From assembly GCA_039917005.1 (NCBI GenBank), contig JBDSKH010000067.1:1-34265 (forward strand): a stretch of DNA of 34,265 nt, given 5' to 3'. The notes under the pieces were generated by a model. That model made no database searches. It saw only the letters and a list, made by a program, of their open reading frames with translations, and was not told the origin of the DNA. Below are positions 34,161-34,265 of this stretch, in pieces (the stretch's first letter is position 1; each line of letters begins with the position of its first letter). Position numbers and translations under genes: made by a program. The stretch is from Pseudolysinimonas sp. Its GTDB lineage: Bacteria > Actinomycetota > Actinomycetes > Actinomycetales > Microbacteriaceae.

Positions 34161-34265
34161 CGGATGCCCCCTGGCTCGTCGCCATCGATATGCAGGAGAT
34201 CTTCTGCGATCCGGCGAGCAAGTGGGCGACTCCCGAATACGGTCGGGCAGCAGCCGGCATCGGCC
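34157..34265 (+). CDS. Isochorismatase-family cysteine hydrolase, 3' end outside the window
   Basis: ATG 34157 overlaps the permease stop (ATGA). The N-terminus MTDAPWLVAIDMQEIFCDP matches the beta1-DMQ-x-F pattern of the family. Only 36 codons are visible. Confidence 0.5.
   Translation, partial: MTDAPWLVAIDMQEIFCDPASKWATPEYGRAAAGIG

Noticed and set aside
1-34265. Mobile elements, CRISPR arrays, prophage or known defence systems.
   Set aside because: I recognised no transposase, integrase, recombinase, Cas, restriction-modification or toxin-antitoxin genes. There are no spaced direct-repeat arrays, and no compositional island stands out beyond short AT-rich promoter patches.

Overview
This is a high-GC (roughly 70%) actinobacterial chromosomal segment. 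Gene content and synteny look Microbacteriaceae-like, but the taxon cannot be verified without a search. I support about 35 protein-coding genes. I found no rRNA, tRNA, CRISPR array, transposase, integrase or recognisable phage or defence genes.

Gene order, left to right:
- Two tandem secreted Tap/Hip1-like serine peptidases.
- A frameshifted DUF4166 gene.
- An acyltransferase-3 membrane protein.
- A perM-like membrane protein followed by purN and purH.
- A DDAH-like amidinotransferase-fold enzyme.
- A strongly SD-preceded 25-codon sORF ahead of a heterodimeric ABC exporter pair with one degenerate ATP site.
- A PhnB-like VOC protein, a GNAT plus an alkyltransferase-like (ATL) protein, and NADP-isocitrate dehydrogenase.
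- A YdeI-like protein, a NUDIX hydrolase, and an Hsp20 gene with both HAIR-like and CIRCE-like operators.
- A four-gene flavin module: two FMN_bind lipoproteins, ApbE, and an RnfD-like membrane domain fused to an FNR-type reductase.
- A complete GlcNAc/chitobiose utilisation locus: ROK regulator, ABC importer, GH3 NagZ-like enzyme, ROK kinase and nagB, with a convergent purU-nagA-SDR operon.
- An MFS transporter, then an NCS1 permease coupled to an isochorismatase-family gene that is cut by the window end.

The best candidate for an undescribed system is the flavin-only electron-export operon at 17438-20794.

Other non-coding signals worth checking:
- A 35-bp element repeated at two convergent gene junctions, with one compensatory base-pair change.
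- A 17-bp CCTAGG-containing repeat in the sugar operon.
- Many start codons placed 6-9 nt after TANNNT hexamers, suggesting leaderless mRNAs.
- Overlapping divergent -10 boxes in the 23-bp purU/MFS gap.

All family names come from motif recognition by eye, not from database searches.
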